DNA of 45,901 nucleotides from Sphaeroforma arctica JP610 (Eukaryota): NCBI RefSeq assembly GCF_001186125.1, contig NW_014040441.1, positions 1 to 45,901 of the forward strand, read 5' to 3'. Shown piece by piece: positions 1 to 12,899 of this stretch (position 1 is its first letter; each line of letters starts with the position of its first letter). The notes under the pieces were generated by a model. It saw only the letters and a program-made list of their open reading frames with translations, ran no database searches and was not told where the DNA came from. The position numbers and the translations under genes were made by a program.

Positions 1-37
<37 letters not shown>

Positions 38-611
38 ATAGTCATTTGTGTGTATATCTATATGTATATTTAAGATACAAGGTACGAGCGATATACTTTT
101 TGTATGTGTCAGTCATTTGCGTATGTGTATATATATCAGTCAATTGTTTTGTGTTTCGGTGTACATTTAAGGTGCGAGGTAAGAGTGCGTTCAACTGTAT
201 GACCCGTTACCTGCACCATACCTATCTACCAATCACGCGCTCTTTACCCACGAATACCAAACTGATATCACACTAAACTCTGTACGTTTGATGCAACAAC
301 CAACAACTAATTTTCATCGAACAACACAGTGTAGTGTTCCCTGTTAATCGTTTTCTTTTTCTTAACCAGCACATGCTTGCAGAAATGGAAAGCCAGCCAA
401 GAAGACAAAACGCTGTTATTCACTCCTTGACAGTGTAGTTAGAAATTAATTTGCAATATTTTCCCACTAATCTCCATTTCTTATCCCAACCGCGACATGT
501 GTGCAGAGGCAAACCGCTATTACTTACTGATCGATAGTGTAGTTGGAAGTTAATCCGCACTAATATCCCACTAATCTTCACTTCTTTATCTCCACCACCA
601 CGTGCGTGCAG

Positions 612-3040
612 AAGCGCAAAGCCAGCCAAGAAGGCAAAGGCCTGATGTCCAATCTGAGTGGAGGCTTGTCCAGCGAAGACCTTCTTTTGACCCCCAACAG
701 TTCGAGTATAAGCCCCCCCAAAATCCCCGCCAAACCCAATACCCAATGCCCCAACCCCAATTCAATACCCGAATCATCACCACCCTGCACCTCCACCACC
801 GAGCCTCTCTCTGGTCCCGGTATACCCAGCGCAGCGAATAGCGGGACCACCCCCACCCCGCTATTGGCAGCCAGGCCTAAGCGGGGGTCGCTGTTGAACA
901 TCAATACGATACCGAACGAACAACGCACTAGCACCAAACCACGTGTGAGATGGGACAACCAGGTGGTGCTGTTCCATGCAGCCTCCACAGGCGATCTGGA
1001 CGAGGTCAAAGGTGGGTGAGTGTCAGAGTGGTGTCATGTGTAGGTAAAAGTGGACTAGACATGTGTCTGTAGCACGGCGGTGTATGCAATCGAGAGGTGA
1101 CAGGAGATGTGATGGTTCGACTCGACTCCTGTTAAGCATGATGTGTATGTGTGTTGAGCGGTTTAGTAGTGGTATTGTATAGGTAAAAGTGGACTAGACA
1201 TGTGTCTGTAGCACGGCGGTGTATGCAATCGAGAGGTGACAGGAGATGTGATGGTTCGACTCGACTCCTGTTATGCATGATGTGTATGTGTGTTGAGCGG
1301 TGTAGTAGTGGTATTTGTGTGCAATGAGTGATGTATGTGTACAATGGGAGGTCCTCTGCTGGTGCTTGTGTGGTTATGTATAAGCACTCAGGGCTGCATA
1401 TGCATACGAAAACGTGCACGCTTGTACGCGGAATGCCATTTAAGGTTATTAGTTGGAGTTGTAAGGACATCCAATTGCCAAGAACTCATAAGTAATACAT
1501 GTTATGTATCCTTCTACGCGACAAGATCGCATCAAGAATGTCAATCCAAAATAAGTGCCCTTCCTTTCTAATTCTATTTATATATCCACCAATAATTGCC
1601 CGTGCATTCTAGTTCTATATATGTATCCACCAAAGGTTGCCAGTGAATTCTAGTTCTAGTTGTAAATCCACCAATAATACCCATCCATTCTAGTTCTATT
1701 TAGAGATTGGTTCTATTTATATACCATCCCTTCACTCGCAGAGCAAGTCAAGACGGCTGGCCTGGACAGCACAAACGAGCTCAACATGCACGCGATGCAC
1801 TACGCTGTCTACGGCGGTCAATTGGAAGTCATCAAGTTCATGGTGGAGTCAGGCGCGGTAAGTGTATGACCTGTGCCAATATGCGTGCGTATCTGGATTA
1901 TACTTCATTGTGAGAGGGGTGAGTGTAGTGTATGTATTATGGAGATATTGTCAATGGGACTCACACCTCAAGGAGAGACGCCGAGGGTATGGATCGTGGA
2001 AACACGTTTATATGGCATATACCCCATCGAGAGTTTGGGTTTGTGATAGTTTTGAAAGGGTGTATATACTGCGCTTGTACACGTATACAAATAGTAGTGG
2101 TACAAACAGGGGCGGTTACTTGTTTCTCTCCACCCCTTGCGAAGCATTGCAGTACGCACGTACGAGCCCACTCAACCATATACTCACACATACAAATATA
2201 CCCACCCATACAATATACCCACCCATACAAATATACTAAATATACCCACCCATACAATATACCCACCCATTCAATAAACCCACCCATACAAATATACCCA
2301 CCCATACAAATATACCCAATCATACAATATACCCACCCATACAGTATACCCACCCATACAAATATACCCACCCATACAATATACCCACCCATACAAATAT
2401 ACCCACCCATAGAATATACCCTTTCATACAAATATGCCCACCCATACAATATACCCACCCATACAATATACCCACCCATACAAATATACCCACCCATACA
2501 AATATACTCAATCATACAATATACCCACCCATACAAATATACCCACCCATACAATATACCCGCCCATACAAATATACCCACCCATACAATATACCCACCC
2601 CTATAAATATACCCACCCATACAATATACCCACCCATACAATATACCCACCCATACAAATATACCCACCCATACAATATACTCTCCGGGGTCCCTCACAC
2701 CACCCAATCCACCCCACCCCACCCACAGACGCTCGACACAAAGAACACGGACGGTAACACACCACTGTACCTGGCGCTGATTGAGGAGGAGGATGCCATC
2801 GCTCTGTATTTTATGGCCAAAGGGTCTGATCTGCACTATGAGAACTGTGGGGGTTGCAGTGCCTATGACTTGGCTGAGAGCAAGGTCATGAAGGCCGCCA
2901 TCAGTGAGATGGACAAGGCCAGTCGTCGCAATTCAGGTGCAAAGACCGATCCTGCACCCGAAAAAGAGGACGGGGGACTGACCAGCAGTCTGAGACGGAC
3001 CCCTTTAATACCCGTTACACAGACAGCTGGTGTGATGTGA
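612..3040 (+). CDS. Ankyrin-repeat protein with PP1-docking RVxW motif (MYPT/PPP1R12/16/27-like PP1 regulatory subunit); 5' end uncertain
   Basis: Exons 612-1011, 1742-1857 and 2729-3040 are joined by GT-AG introns in consistent phase. Translation includes ...KPRVRWDNQVVLFHAASTGDLDEVKEQVKTAGLDSTNELNMHAMHYAVYGGQLEVIKFMVESGATLDTKNTDGNTPLYLALIEEEDAIALYFMAKGSDLHYENCGGCSAYDLA..., i.e. about 3 ankyrin repeats directly preceded by RVRW. This matches the MYPT1 pattern KVKFDDGAVFLAACSSGDTDEV. There is a cag acceptor at 609-611, so an upstream exon may lie outside the window; an in-frame ATG at 645 is the alternative start. Confidence 0.8.
1040..1300. repeat. ~141-bp tandem duplication in an intron of the ankyrin gene
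   Basis: taggtaaaagtggactagacatgtgtctgtagcacggcgg...gactcctgtta occurs near-identically at ~1041 and ~1180. Confidence 0.85.
2185..2681. repeat. Intronic minisatellite, 17-18 bp unit (atacaa[a]tatacccaccc)
   Basis: The unit is directly visible in tandem and generates the spurious YTHP/WVGI ORFs. Confidence 0.95.
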
Positions 3041-3829
3041 GACCGTACATATCATCGCGATTTGATTGGTTGTGCGGTTTTTCGTGGTTGAATGCTGCGT
3101 TGTTATTGGTTCCCGGGGGGATGGGGTTGTCTGAACACTGCGAATCGATTGGCTAGCAAAAATTACGGGTCAATTACCATGTAGATAGACGGTGTGCAGA
3201 CCAAACCAATAAGTTCCAACCTGCCCTCCTTTTGACTGACCGAGACATACGCAGAGATGGCACCTAAAACCACCAGGGTACACAGGGAGATAGGAACCAA
3301 ACACGTAGACGAGTGGGGTGTGTGTTGGTGCAATACTACTCGTGTGCAAGGCATCTGTCCAATTCACACCCACTGCCCTCCAACGGTCCTATACTCTTTG
3401 GTTGGGACAGGGTGTTGCGAAAACCCCATTTTAAACCCATGTGTACAAACCTTCATAATGCCACTTACTATATTTGGGAACCGCGGATTCTGCGGTGGAT
3501 CGTATTGCTGCTGTATTCACGCGATAATACCGTCATCTATACCTCTTGCCGCATATGGTAGGACCGAAGATGGGCAGTATCTGCGATTCTACCTACTGAT
3601 TTTGTCCCTACGCCGTTGTGTGCGAGAGGAACTGCTGTGCGGGTTTCTCCCACTACTGGTGCTATACTCTTAGTAAGATTTACAGAAATAAATGACTAAC
3701 TCTGACTCATACACCCGCGGGCACTGACCTGTGGTATTACACAAGGCTCTGTCCACAACCCTCTAATGAATATAGTCATGCAGGATAGAAATGTATGCAG
3801 AAATAGTGGGAATATACTTATACTTAAAA

Positions 3830-5425
3830 GAATATGTGTGGTCAGTACCATACTTCAATGAATATATGAGTTCAGTACTAGTCTTATATGGAAATATGTG
3901 ATCAGTACTAGACTTATACGAATATAGGCGATCAATACTATACTTATATAAATGTGTGTGATCAGTACTAGTCTTATATGAATATAAGTGATCAGTACTA
4001 CTTATATGAATATATGTGATCAGTCCTAGACTTATATGAATATATGTGTTCAGTACTAGACTTATATGAATATATGTGATCAGTACTAGACCTATATGAA
4101 TATATGTGTTCAGTACTAGACTTATATGAATATATGTGATCAGTACTAGACCTATATGAATATATGTGTTCAGTACTATACTTACATGAATATGTGTGAT
4201 CAGTACTATACTTATATGAATATATGTGATCAGTACTATACTTATATGAATATATGTGTTCCGAACTAGACTTACNNNNNNNNNNNNNNNNNNNNNNNNN
4301 NNNNNNNNNNNNNNNNNNNNNNNNNNNNNNNNNNNNNNNNNNNNNNNNNNNNNNNNNNNNNNNNNNNNNNNNNNNNNNNNNNNNNNNNNNNNNNNNNNNN
4401 NNNNNNNNNNNNNNNNNNNNNNNNNNNNNNNNNNNNNNNNNNNNNNNNNNNNNNNNNNNNNNNNNNNNNNNNNNNNNNNNNNNNNNNNNNNNNNNNNNNN
4501 NNNNNNNNNNNNNNNNNNNNNNNNNNNNNNNNNNNNNNNNNNNNNNNNNNNNNNNNNNNNNNNNNNNNNNNNNNNNNNNNNNNNNNNNNNNNNNNNNNNN
4601 NNNNNNNNNNNNNNNNNNNNNNNNNNNNNNNNNNNNNNNNNNNNNNNNNNNNNNNNNNNNNNNNNNNNNNNNNNNNNNNNNNNNNNNNNNNNNNNNNNNN
4701 NNNNNNNNNNNNNNNNNNNNNNNNNNNNNNNNNNNNNNNNNNNNNNNNNNNNNNNNNNNNNNNNNNNNNNNNNNNNNNNNNNNNNNNNNNNNNNNNNNNN
4801 NNNNNNNNNNNNNNNNNNNNNNNNNNNNNNNNNNNNNNNNNNNNNNNNNNNNNNNNNNNNNNNNNNNNNNNNNNNNNNNNNNNNNNNNNNNNNNNNNNNN
4901 NNNNNNNNNNNNNNNNNNNNNNNNNNNNNNNNNNNNNNNNNNNNNNNNNNNNNNNNNNNNNNNNNNNNNNNNNNNNNNNNNNNNNNNNNNNNNNNNNNNN
5001 NNNNNNNNNNNNNNNNNNNNNNNNNNNNNNNNNNNAATATATGTGATCAGTACTATACTTATATGATTATGTGATCAGTACTAGACTTATATAAATGTAT
5101 GACTTACATGAATATATGTGATCAGTACTAGACTTATATGAATATATGTGTTCAGTACTAGACTTATATGAATATATGTGATCAGTACTAGACTTATATG
5201 AATATATGTGTTCAGTACTATACTTATATATGAATATATGTGATCAGTACTATACTTATATGAATATATGTGTTCCGAACTAGACTTACATGAATGTATG
5301 TAATCAGTATTAGACTTATATGAATGGATGTGATCAGTACTAGACTTATATGAATATATGTGATCAGTACTAGACATATGGATGGATGTGATCAGTACTA
5401 GATTTACATAACTATATGTAATCAT
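3830..5425. repeat. 30-bp tandem satellite (gatcagtactagacttatatgaatatatgt) spanning an assembly gap (N 4276-5035)
   Basis: The same unit flanks both sides of the gap, with no unique spacers. It lies between the convergent ankyrin and IF1 genes. Confidence 0.95.
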
Positions 5426-5824
5426 CATCCCTCTACTTTTATGAATATATTGATCGCCACGACGATTAATCCTGAAAAATCAATACCGTATACATTCAAA
5501 CTTGTTTGCTGGGTGCAAACCCATCTTCAAATCATATAGGACCGCACCTGCCCTATCCGAAGTGATGCTTCAATTGCTGTTTATTTATTTTGTTAGTCCT
5601 ACTCATCGGCGAACAACATGAGAACAAGGAAGCCAATCCGTGCAATACAGGCCCTCCCTCTACCAGCGACAACCCCCGCAGTTCCACGCACAATACACAC
5701 TCCCCAAGAACAAAGCCAAGCAACGGGTGTATGTGTGAGCTGCTGTAGTAGCCCCACGACACACGCGTTTGCTCAGACACGCATGGGAATAGGTCTGAGT
5801 ACGCATGTGCATTGTGTGTGCAGC

Positions 5825-8053
5825 TTATTTCTTCTCAGCGTCCTTAACGGCCTTCTGTAGCGCTACGGCGACGGGGTGATCCTCGGGGTGCTTTCGGATC
5901 TCCTCCTTCAGTAGCCTGATTTTCTCAGCGTTCTGGGGGAAGGTGCATGGGTATAGTGATGGAGAATTAGGACAAGATATGAAAGAAGCATGGGTATAGT
6001 GATGGAGAATTAGGGCAAGATATGAAAGAAGCATGGATATAGTGATGGAGAATTAAGACAAGATATGAAAGATGCATGGAACAAGATATGAAAGATACAT
6101 GGATATAGTGATGGAGAATTAGGACAAAAGACAAGGAAAAAAAAAGATAATATAGACGGATCACACGGTTAGAGAGGACTTTGTCAGCATATTACTGTTC
6201 AAACAAACCTTTGGACAGATATAGTATTGTACATGCCTATGTATTGACATATCTAGAAACAGAAGTGTATGCGTGTGGCGGTTTATATGTATAAGAACTT
6301 CAAAATGATATTTTCTCCATAATTGTTCTACTTCTAACGGCATCTGGGCTGCAGCATATAACAGATTAAACACATAATCCACAAAGACACACGTGCTTGT
6401 ATTTACATATCCGAAATAAACTCAAAGATTCACATCTGAATGGGACACCATTTATTAGTACACGAACATACACAGACACATGTACATCTCAGTACACAAT
6501 TAACAACAACCAAACGAGGGACATGCATTCGCATATCACGTGTGGTCAAACATATGAACAATAAGGTTATTAGATTAGAGTGCATATTTGAAACTGTATG
6601 GTCGCTGATGCCTGGTTGTAAACATTCTGACAAGTAACCTGTACTTTTATTTTAAGCAAGCGATACCTATATATAAACAAAATACATATCCAAAATCAAT
6701 TACTAGTGAAAGGGATAGGTAATATATATTCATACAAAACATATATGTAAATGGGTGCGCGGGGCCGTAGGTGTGTGTGTGTGGTTATATGTACTCACAT
6801 GTAGATAACACTTAATGTGAATGAAAATTTGTATATGAATGTGAATATATACAACTATGCAGGTACTTGATCTGAATACGAAAAAGATCAAATAGTGCAT
6901 CGTGCACTTTCAAAGTATAAAATGTTGTGTGTAGAATTATACAGTATCTATACAGTCAAAACTACGATTGATACATCCACGCTTACAAATTCACAACTAT
7001 ATATGTAGGATTGCATACATCAACCAGCACACAGACATACAAAAGCAAACACAAATATAGCGAGAAAGTTAGACATGATAGTATTAATATTGACAATAAC
7101 AATAACAACACACATATATATAAATGTTTAAAAATTTATATTTGTGTGCTTGTAAGTGTCGGAAATATAAGTGTATGCTGATAAATGAAGCTGTGTGTAC
7201 GCGATCTACACTGAAAGTAAGGCAAAGGGACATTATAGCCATCCAGAAAATCCATGCCGCAAGCGTGCTACATATATGTCACTTATGTATCACGACGAAC
7301 TAACACGAGGATCACACATAAACAATGTACAGGCAGACAAAGACTATCACAGGTTCAAGTAAAACTCTCGAAATCCCCAACTAAGTACATACGTCGTCAG
7401 CCATGTATTTTCCCTCCTGGGCGGCTCCCTTCTTGGCAAAAGCACCTCCTGCAGTACACAAGCGTGAGATAATATTAATATGGTTTATTTTTATAACCAG
7501 TTACGTTACGACCACAAAGAACGCTGAGAATACCATGGCTTAATTGCAGTTCAATTTAGAGACTGAATCTAACGAGACAGAAGCTGTTGTGTTCATAATT
7601 CAATAATACCGAGACGTTTAATTGATTTGTAATAGTCTAACGGTTTGAGATTTATATTAGAAAACGAAGTTATCAGTCGACAGTAGCTTCGTAAAGCAAT
7701 AATACTTAAAAACGAGGCGGAAGAGAATAGTAGGTAAAGTAAAGGAATATTCGTGACAGGGACAGGGAATACTAATAGTTACCCACAAAACACTCTACAC
7801 AACAAAACCATAGAAATACGCCAATACGCTCTTAGGCCTATAAGGTGTAATTATCATACACGTTTAGAATTTTCTGCAACAATAGCGGTAAATACGGAGC
7901 TGCCAGTCTTGACACAGCACTAGGGCATCTACGATCGCGAGCACACCCAACAGCAATAAACTAGCGTAACATACCGGCATCTTTGATACTTCCAGCACTG
8001 CGCATAGGCATGGCACGTGCGGCCGTTCGCATTAGTCCAGCTGACTTGAACAT
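5825..8053 (-). CDS. ATP5IF1: Mitochondrial F1Fo-ATP synthase inhibitor IF1 (INH1/STF1/ATP5IF1 family), ~80 aa
   Basis: Exons 8053-7975, 7448-7393 and 5932-5825 have GT-AG boundaries and matching phases. They give MFKSAGLMRTAARAMPMRSAGSIKDAGGAFAKKGAAQEGKYMADDNAEKIRLLKEEIRKHPEDHPVAVALQKAVKDAEKK*. GSIKDAGGAFAKK matches the IF1 inhibitory motif GSIREAGGAFGKRE; there is a basic presequence-like N-terminus and a coiled-coil-like C-terminus. Confidence 0.9.
5945..6126. repeat. ~43-bp intronic tandem repeat (catgggtatagtgatggagaattaggacaagatatgaaagaag)
   Basis: About 4 copies sit next to the acceptor of the last IF1 exon. Confidence 0.85.
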
Positions 8054-8953
8054 GGTTGTATATAAAAGAATATATATATTACGGATCAGTATAGTACTTC
8101 TGACTGTGTGTTTCCGTATGTGTTGTTTATATATATATATTTTATAATTATTTAAATAGTCCTAATAGAGTTGCCATTTTAGCCAACCATGGGCCTGAAG
8201 TGTTCCGCTATTGAAAGGCCATGTCTGGGCCAAAAAAAGGAATCCACCCTAAACTATTTTTAGGGTACAGCGAACACTCTATCTGCAAAGGACAGAAGGT
8301 TGGATACAAAAAACTAAGGACCAATTTGTTCTATAAAGAACTCAATTTGTCCTATAGTTAAAAACCGAGTCAAAATTTACTGAAATAGCCATAGAGTAAT
8401 GCACATCACTGACTTTTTTATAGGTGAGGATCTTCCCGGCCCTGAATGTTGTCAGTATGCCCTTGAATATGGACCAAGGCCCTTTTTTACCCTTTTTTGG
8501 TCAACCAACTGAGCATTCCTCAGTTGTTCTCCCACAGCCCCAGAGATCAACAGTGAGCAGAGCACAAAATAGAGACTTTCCGCACCGGTCCAAACTCCAA
8601 AGTGACCCAAAGTCCAATCTCAAATACTTTTTTTTCTAAAACAAAAAATAGCCGCTTCTGTATTGTTGTTTGGCGCATAAGGTTTATTTTAATAAAACCC
8701 CCAAAAAAATACGAACAAACTAAAAATAATAAAAGAAAGAAAGAAACAAAACTTCCAAACTTCCAAAGCCTTCTTCCAATCTTCCATAGCCGGCTGCTGC
8801 CAGATGCCAAATGTGAGCTATTTTTTAAATTTTTAGATTTGTTCAATTTTCAGAAGGCATGAGTTTCAGAGATTGTCTCTATAGAAAGGCAGCGGGTTCT
8901 AAATAATCAATAATATTTCAATACTTTTGTGGGTGTCGAATATGTAAATACTA

Positions 8954-9707
8954 GAGAAATCTTGAAACCAACATAAATAGAGCCACCTACACTCGCCACC
9001 TACGGTTCTAGCCACCTACACACGCCATCATAATTAGTGCATACAGTAATCATACTTGGAATTTATATATATATTTTTCACTACATACACTACACAAATT
9101 GAATGAATTAATATTAAATTAAACATAAATACAAACTGCACTGGACTGAAGTTTAACCCTCAATGTTTACTAGAGCAATACTTTACTAGTTAGTTCCTGG
9201 TATCTTCCCACTTTACTAGCTAGTTCTTGGAAGATACCACGACGCCAACAGGGTAACAAACTATCGAGGCGGCACTCGTTGAGAGGTAAATATGAATTGA
9301 GAATGTTTGTGGCAACAGTGGGGTGTGCATTTCAGTATTTTTATATTTGAATATGTTCTTAACCGGGATAGTCTTCTCACACTAAATATGAATTAAACAT
9401 GAATACAAACTGCGCAGCTCTGAAAACTCTCGCGACTACAAGCAACTCGATATTGATTGGCTAAAACATACATTTTTCGTCGGTGAGAAATGTAGATTGC
9501 ACTAATAGTTGGTGTCACATGTCAACTTGTGTCAACTTGTCACTATCAGTGCCAAAATTTAAATATGGGTCCTAGTGATTGGCTAAAACATACATTTTTC
9601 GTAGGTGGGAAGTGTAGGTTGCCCTAATTGTGGTGGCGTATGTAGGTGGCTAGAATCGTAGGTGGCGTGTGTAGGTGGCCATATTTATGGTGGTTTTAAG
9701 ATTTCTC
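8954..9707. mobile_element. Non-autonomous Mutator-like (MULE) DNA transposon / MITE, 754 bp
   Basis: Imperfect ~90-bp terminal inverted repeats start GAGAAATCTT and end AAGATTTCTC, with internal gccacctac/gtaggtggc sub-repeats. A perfect 9-bp target-site duplication TAAATACTA lies at 8945-8953 and 9708-9716. There is no transposase ORF. A 9-bp TSD with long G-starting TIRs is typical of Mutator. Confidence 0.88.
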
Positions 9708-11209
9708 TAAATACTATTGTACTTGGTCTTGCACTTGTGCATTTTTAAATATAGCGTCTGGGTCATGATATAAGCACAATGGTCGAGTGCATAAGATTGC
9801 TGGAGATACTAAGTGGCGTTAGTTTGCATGTGTTTGATCAATTATTGATTCAATACTCTAGTAGCGGGGTTCTTTATTTTGTCGGCAATGTGAACGGATG
9901 AACACGCTGTAAAGGATTTGAAGTGTGTCCGTTTAGATTTACTGAAACTTAGTTTGCATGTGTGTACACATCATGTGGCTCGTTACCTCCAGTGAAGGAT
10001 CTCAACTAAAGTCAATATTTTCACAGGAAGTTATTATTCTCACTTTTTTACATGATGCATATGCCAGAGAAAACAAAGACCCTAAAAGAGGCAACGATGG
10101 TATGGGTCAGTGGTTCTTGACATAATAGGTATATTTCATAGCCTTCTAAATAAACAGGTTGTGTATATTTTTATATTTTAAAACAGGCCGCCACTGTTGG
10201 CAGCAGGGAATAAAAGTTATCTTGAATACGAGTTTCACACTGTATGCACAATTCTAAAAACGGTGTTTTCCTGAGTATTCAATTCTATCTCATGCCTCTA
10301 GTTCAATAACATATCGTACAGTATTAATACAGGCAATGGCATTTTGTTTTGCTATCGAAGGAGTCTAAATAGTTGCACACATGTCTTAAAAAATGCGACC
10401 TCTTTTTAAAAAACAAGAATTCGTAGTGCTAAAGGAGGTTAAGAAGCAAGCAAAATGAAACACAACTACAGGCGAGTAAATTGATTGAATCGGAATATCA
10501 ACCGTGGAAATTTCATTGCGTCACAGTTTGCCACTACTCAGACTGATCGGCCAGTCGGATATGGCACAGATACGTGTATTGGTCAAATCACATTTTTAAG
10601 TGCCTTGGGGCACAATACTGGAGTTTTATGACGGTAAACAATGACATCTGATAAAGTTGAAGGACTGTCTGCTATTTCACTACGGATTTACCTGTTGTGA
10701 CAATCTTGCCACTGCTTGTGCAGCAGTTGTGTCCTTATCATTTGCATTTTGATGTTGGGTACTTTTTGGCAGAGTGGGCTGAGTAACAGACTGTCTCGAA
10801 TCCTAGTTTTCCATTGAACTAGAGTACAACCTTCGGATAATGTGATGGAAAACTTGGTGGGTTGGCAGTAGGGACGAATGCATATAAAACTGTTGTAAAT
10901 CACTATCGGTTCTCATAGCTGTCTGCCCTGGCTGAAGCCTTGGCTAAAGGGTCTGATTTTATTGTTTCGTTTGACGCAATTGTGTATTCTATAACCAAAG
11001 CTAAAGTCTAGCTTCACCATGCAGCAGTGGCCATTGCTCGATCGTGTTATATACTCCTCCCTATTTCATCAAGCCTTAAATTCCGTTTGCGGGGCGGAGG
11101 TGGTGATCAAAGAAATGGTGCGCTCTAACAACTGGATAGATCGGATTTTACTGTCGTCATAGCGGTTGCGCTAATAATTTCTCTTACCAACAACAACGGT
11201 GAGAAAATA

Positions 11210-11575
11210 ATGGCTCAGTTATACGAAATCTACAATACAAATACCCGGCTGATGCTTGCGGTGTTGTCCGTCGCAGCCTTGTTTGGGTCATTTGTTGTAC
11301 TATGTCTCGAGGTGATTTCTGCGCCAGCGGTCCGGATATTCGTAGTGGTCTTCGCTTTCTTCCTCATACTCCGCCAGGGGATATGGAAAAGCCTACAGGA
11401 ACTTTCGCAGCATATATCAGAGTGTTTGAAGTCGTTCCTGTATCAAGGAACATATCTAGACTTATCGAGGGGCATTCTATTTGCCTTTATAGCAGCAACT
11501 GGCGAAATCTCCGTTCTCGAGAAACTCTTTCTCTCGGCAGTGGCAATTGCGATTTTTCTCACCGACCGGTTTTGA
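11210..11575 (+). CDS. Hypothetical 121-aa multi-pass membrane protein or gene remnant
   Basis: Intronless ATG-initiated ORF with 3-4 hydrophobic stretches and no recognisable family. Confidence 0.3.
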   Translation: MAQLYEIYNTNTRLMLAVLSVAALFGSFVVLCLEVISAPAVRIFVVVFAFFLILRQGIWKSLQELSQHISECLKSFLYQGTYLDLSRGILFAFIAATGEISVLEKLFLSAVAIAIFLTDRF

Positions 11576-11833
11576 ATATCAAGCTCATCACGGGCTGATA
11601 TCAGGTGATTTAACGGATTCTACAACAATACACAACATACATACAAGGAGTTCTCAGCCATATGCAGTATGTACACATCTATATTGTATATCCAATTTAC
11701 ACAGGTACCCGCAACGTCTTACTGGATATGAAGTACCGCTGAGAAAATTGATCCTCAGTTTGAGCAGTCGTCCAGATATTACTTGCAACGCCGGGTTGTT
11801 GTGAAGACCGACCATCAGCAAGGAGCGTGAGAG

Positions 11834-11986
11834 TCGACTACCGGGTTGATTATATCACATATAAAATTACTTATGACGAAAAATCCAGGTTATAATGGAT
11901 ATCGTATGTCTCAAAGCAAAGCTTCACATTGCCTGCGAAACAAAGACCTACAATTGATATCGCTCACAATCAAAAGTTCAGAGCTA
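11834..11986 (+). repeat. Dispersed direct repeat, copy 1 (homologous to 13454-13632)
   Basis: Shared blocks appear in the same order: tcgac.accgggttga, tataaaatta, aaaatccagg, atatcgtatgt, caattgata, agttcagagcta. Confidence 0.8.
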
Positions 11987-12390
11987 TTATGATGCTTTTA
12001 TATTTATATAAGCGCTACAGTACAAGCAAACACCCCGTTAATTGGATATAGACATTTGCAGCAATGTCTGTGGAACTCTTCGCAAGGAATACTCTCCACC
12101 TGAGGCAATGGGGCCAACTTTTGACTTTGTATTTACCTAGTTTGAATAATAAACTCGGAAGGATTATCGGCACATACACCGTATGTGGACAGAACCGAAG
12201 CCAAAAAATCAATAAGAGAATCATATATACTGTGATGTGTCATATACCTGTTTTCGTTGCTGTTGTGAGATAACGCGTTTCGTGTTGCCATCTCGGTAAA
12301 TTGACTATCACACATTTTCAATTTACTATGAGCTCTGCTGTGTGCAATTTAGAGGGCTATGCATAGATTAGCTCAATTTCGATAATCGCA

Positions 12391-12899
12391 ATGCGCTCCC
12401 GTTCTATATTCATCGTATTATGGATGCTACTGTGTGGCAATGTACATGCATTTCTAACCACTGCTGCATGTATGACAGCCTGTAATGTTCAAGCTATGGC
12501 TTGTTATGCGGCAGCCGGAGCTGTTTTTGATACTGTGACTGCCGGTGTAGGGACACCTGCGGCGATCCTGGCCTGCAATGAAGCTCAAGGTATGTTATAT
12601 TATGCCCCGTACATCACTAAGTGAAATAGTGCCTACAGATTTTGTGTGCCTTAGGTAGTAGGAACAATGTGTGCTTCGGTAGAACGACACCTACATTGTG
12701 AATATACGAATCTGGTATTTGCAGCAGTAGCGCATGCATATCATTAGCATTGTGAGGTCTGAAAGGATTCAATATCCTAAAAACACTCGCAGGCGCTTGT
12801 ATGACAGCTTGCGCAGCTTCGTTTGGCCCAACTGACGTGTTAGGGGTAGCTGCCGTTATTGCCACAAGGAGCATTGATTGCCGGTTCAATGAGCGATAG
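12391..12899 (+). CDS. Small secreted cysteine-rich protein (~101 aa), resembling the fungal/oomycete/algal 'zygote-specific'-like Cys-rich family
   Basis: Exons 12391-12589 and 12793-12899 (gtatgt...cgcag, phase 1) give MRSRSIFIVLWMLLCGNVHA-FLTTAACMTACNVQAMACYAAAGAVFDTVTAGVGTPAAILACNEAQGACMTACAASFGPTDVLGVAAVIATRSIDCRFNER*. It has a signal peptide-like N-terminus and a CxxxC-x6-CY..AG..F.TV.AG...PAAI..CN...G.C...C pattern. The family match is from memory, not a search. Confidence 0.75.

Noticed and set aside
1932..2836. Long YTHP/WVGI ORFs on both strands
   Set aside because: These are translations of an intronic minisatellite in the ankyrin gene.
4254..5074. Poly-X ORFs (also 37285-38188)
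   Set aside because: They are artefacts of N-gaps and (TA)n microsatellites.
3830..5425. 30-bp repeat array as a CRISPR
   Set aside because: The units are contiguous with no unique spacers, there are no cas genes, and the context is eukaryotic, so it is a satellite.
8166..8901. Possible hAT-like element starting TAGAGTTGCCA
   Set aside because: The right end (ggcagcgggttcta) matches only poorly and no target-site duplication is visible.
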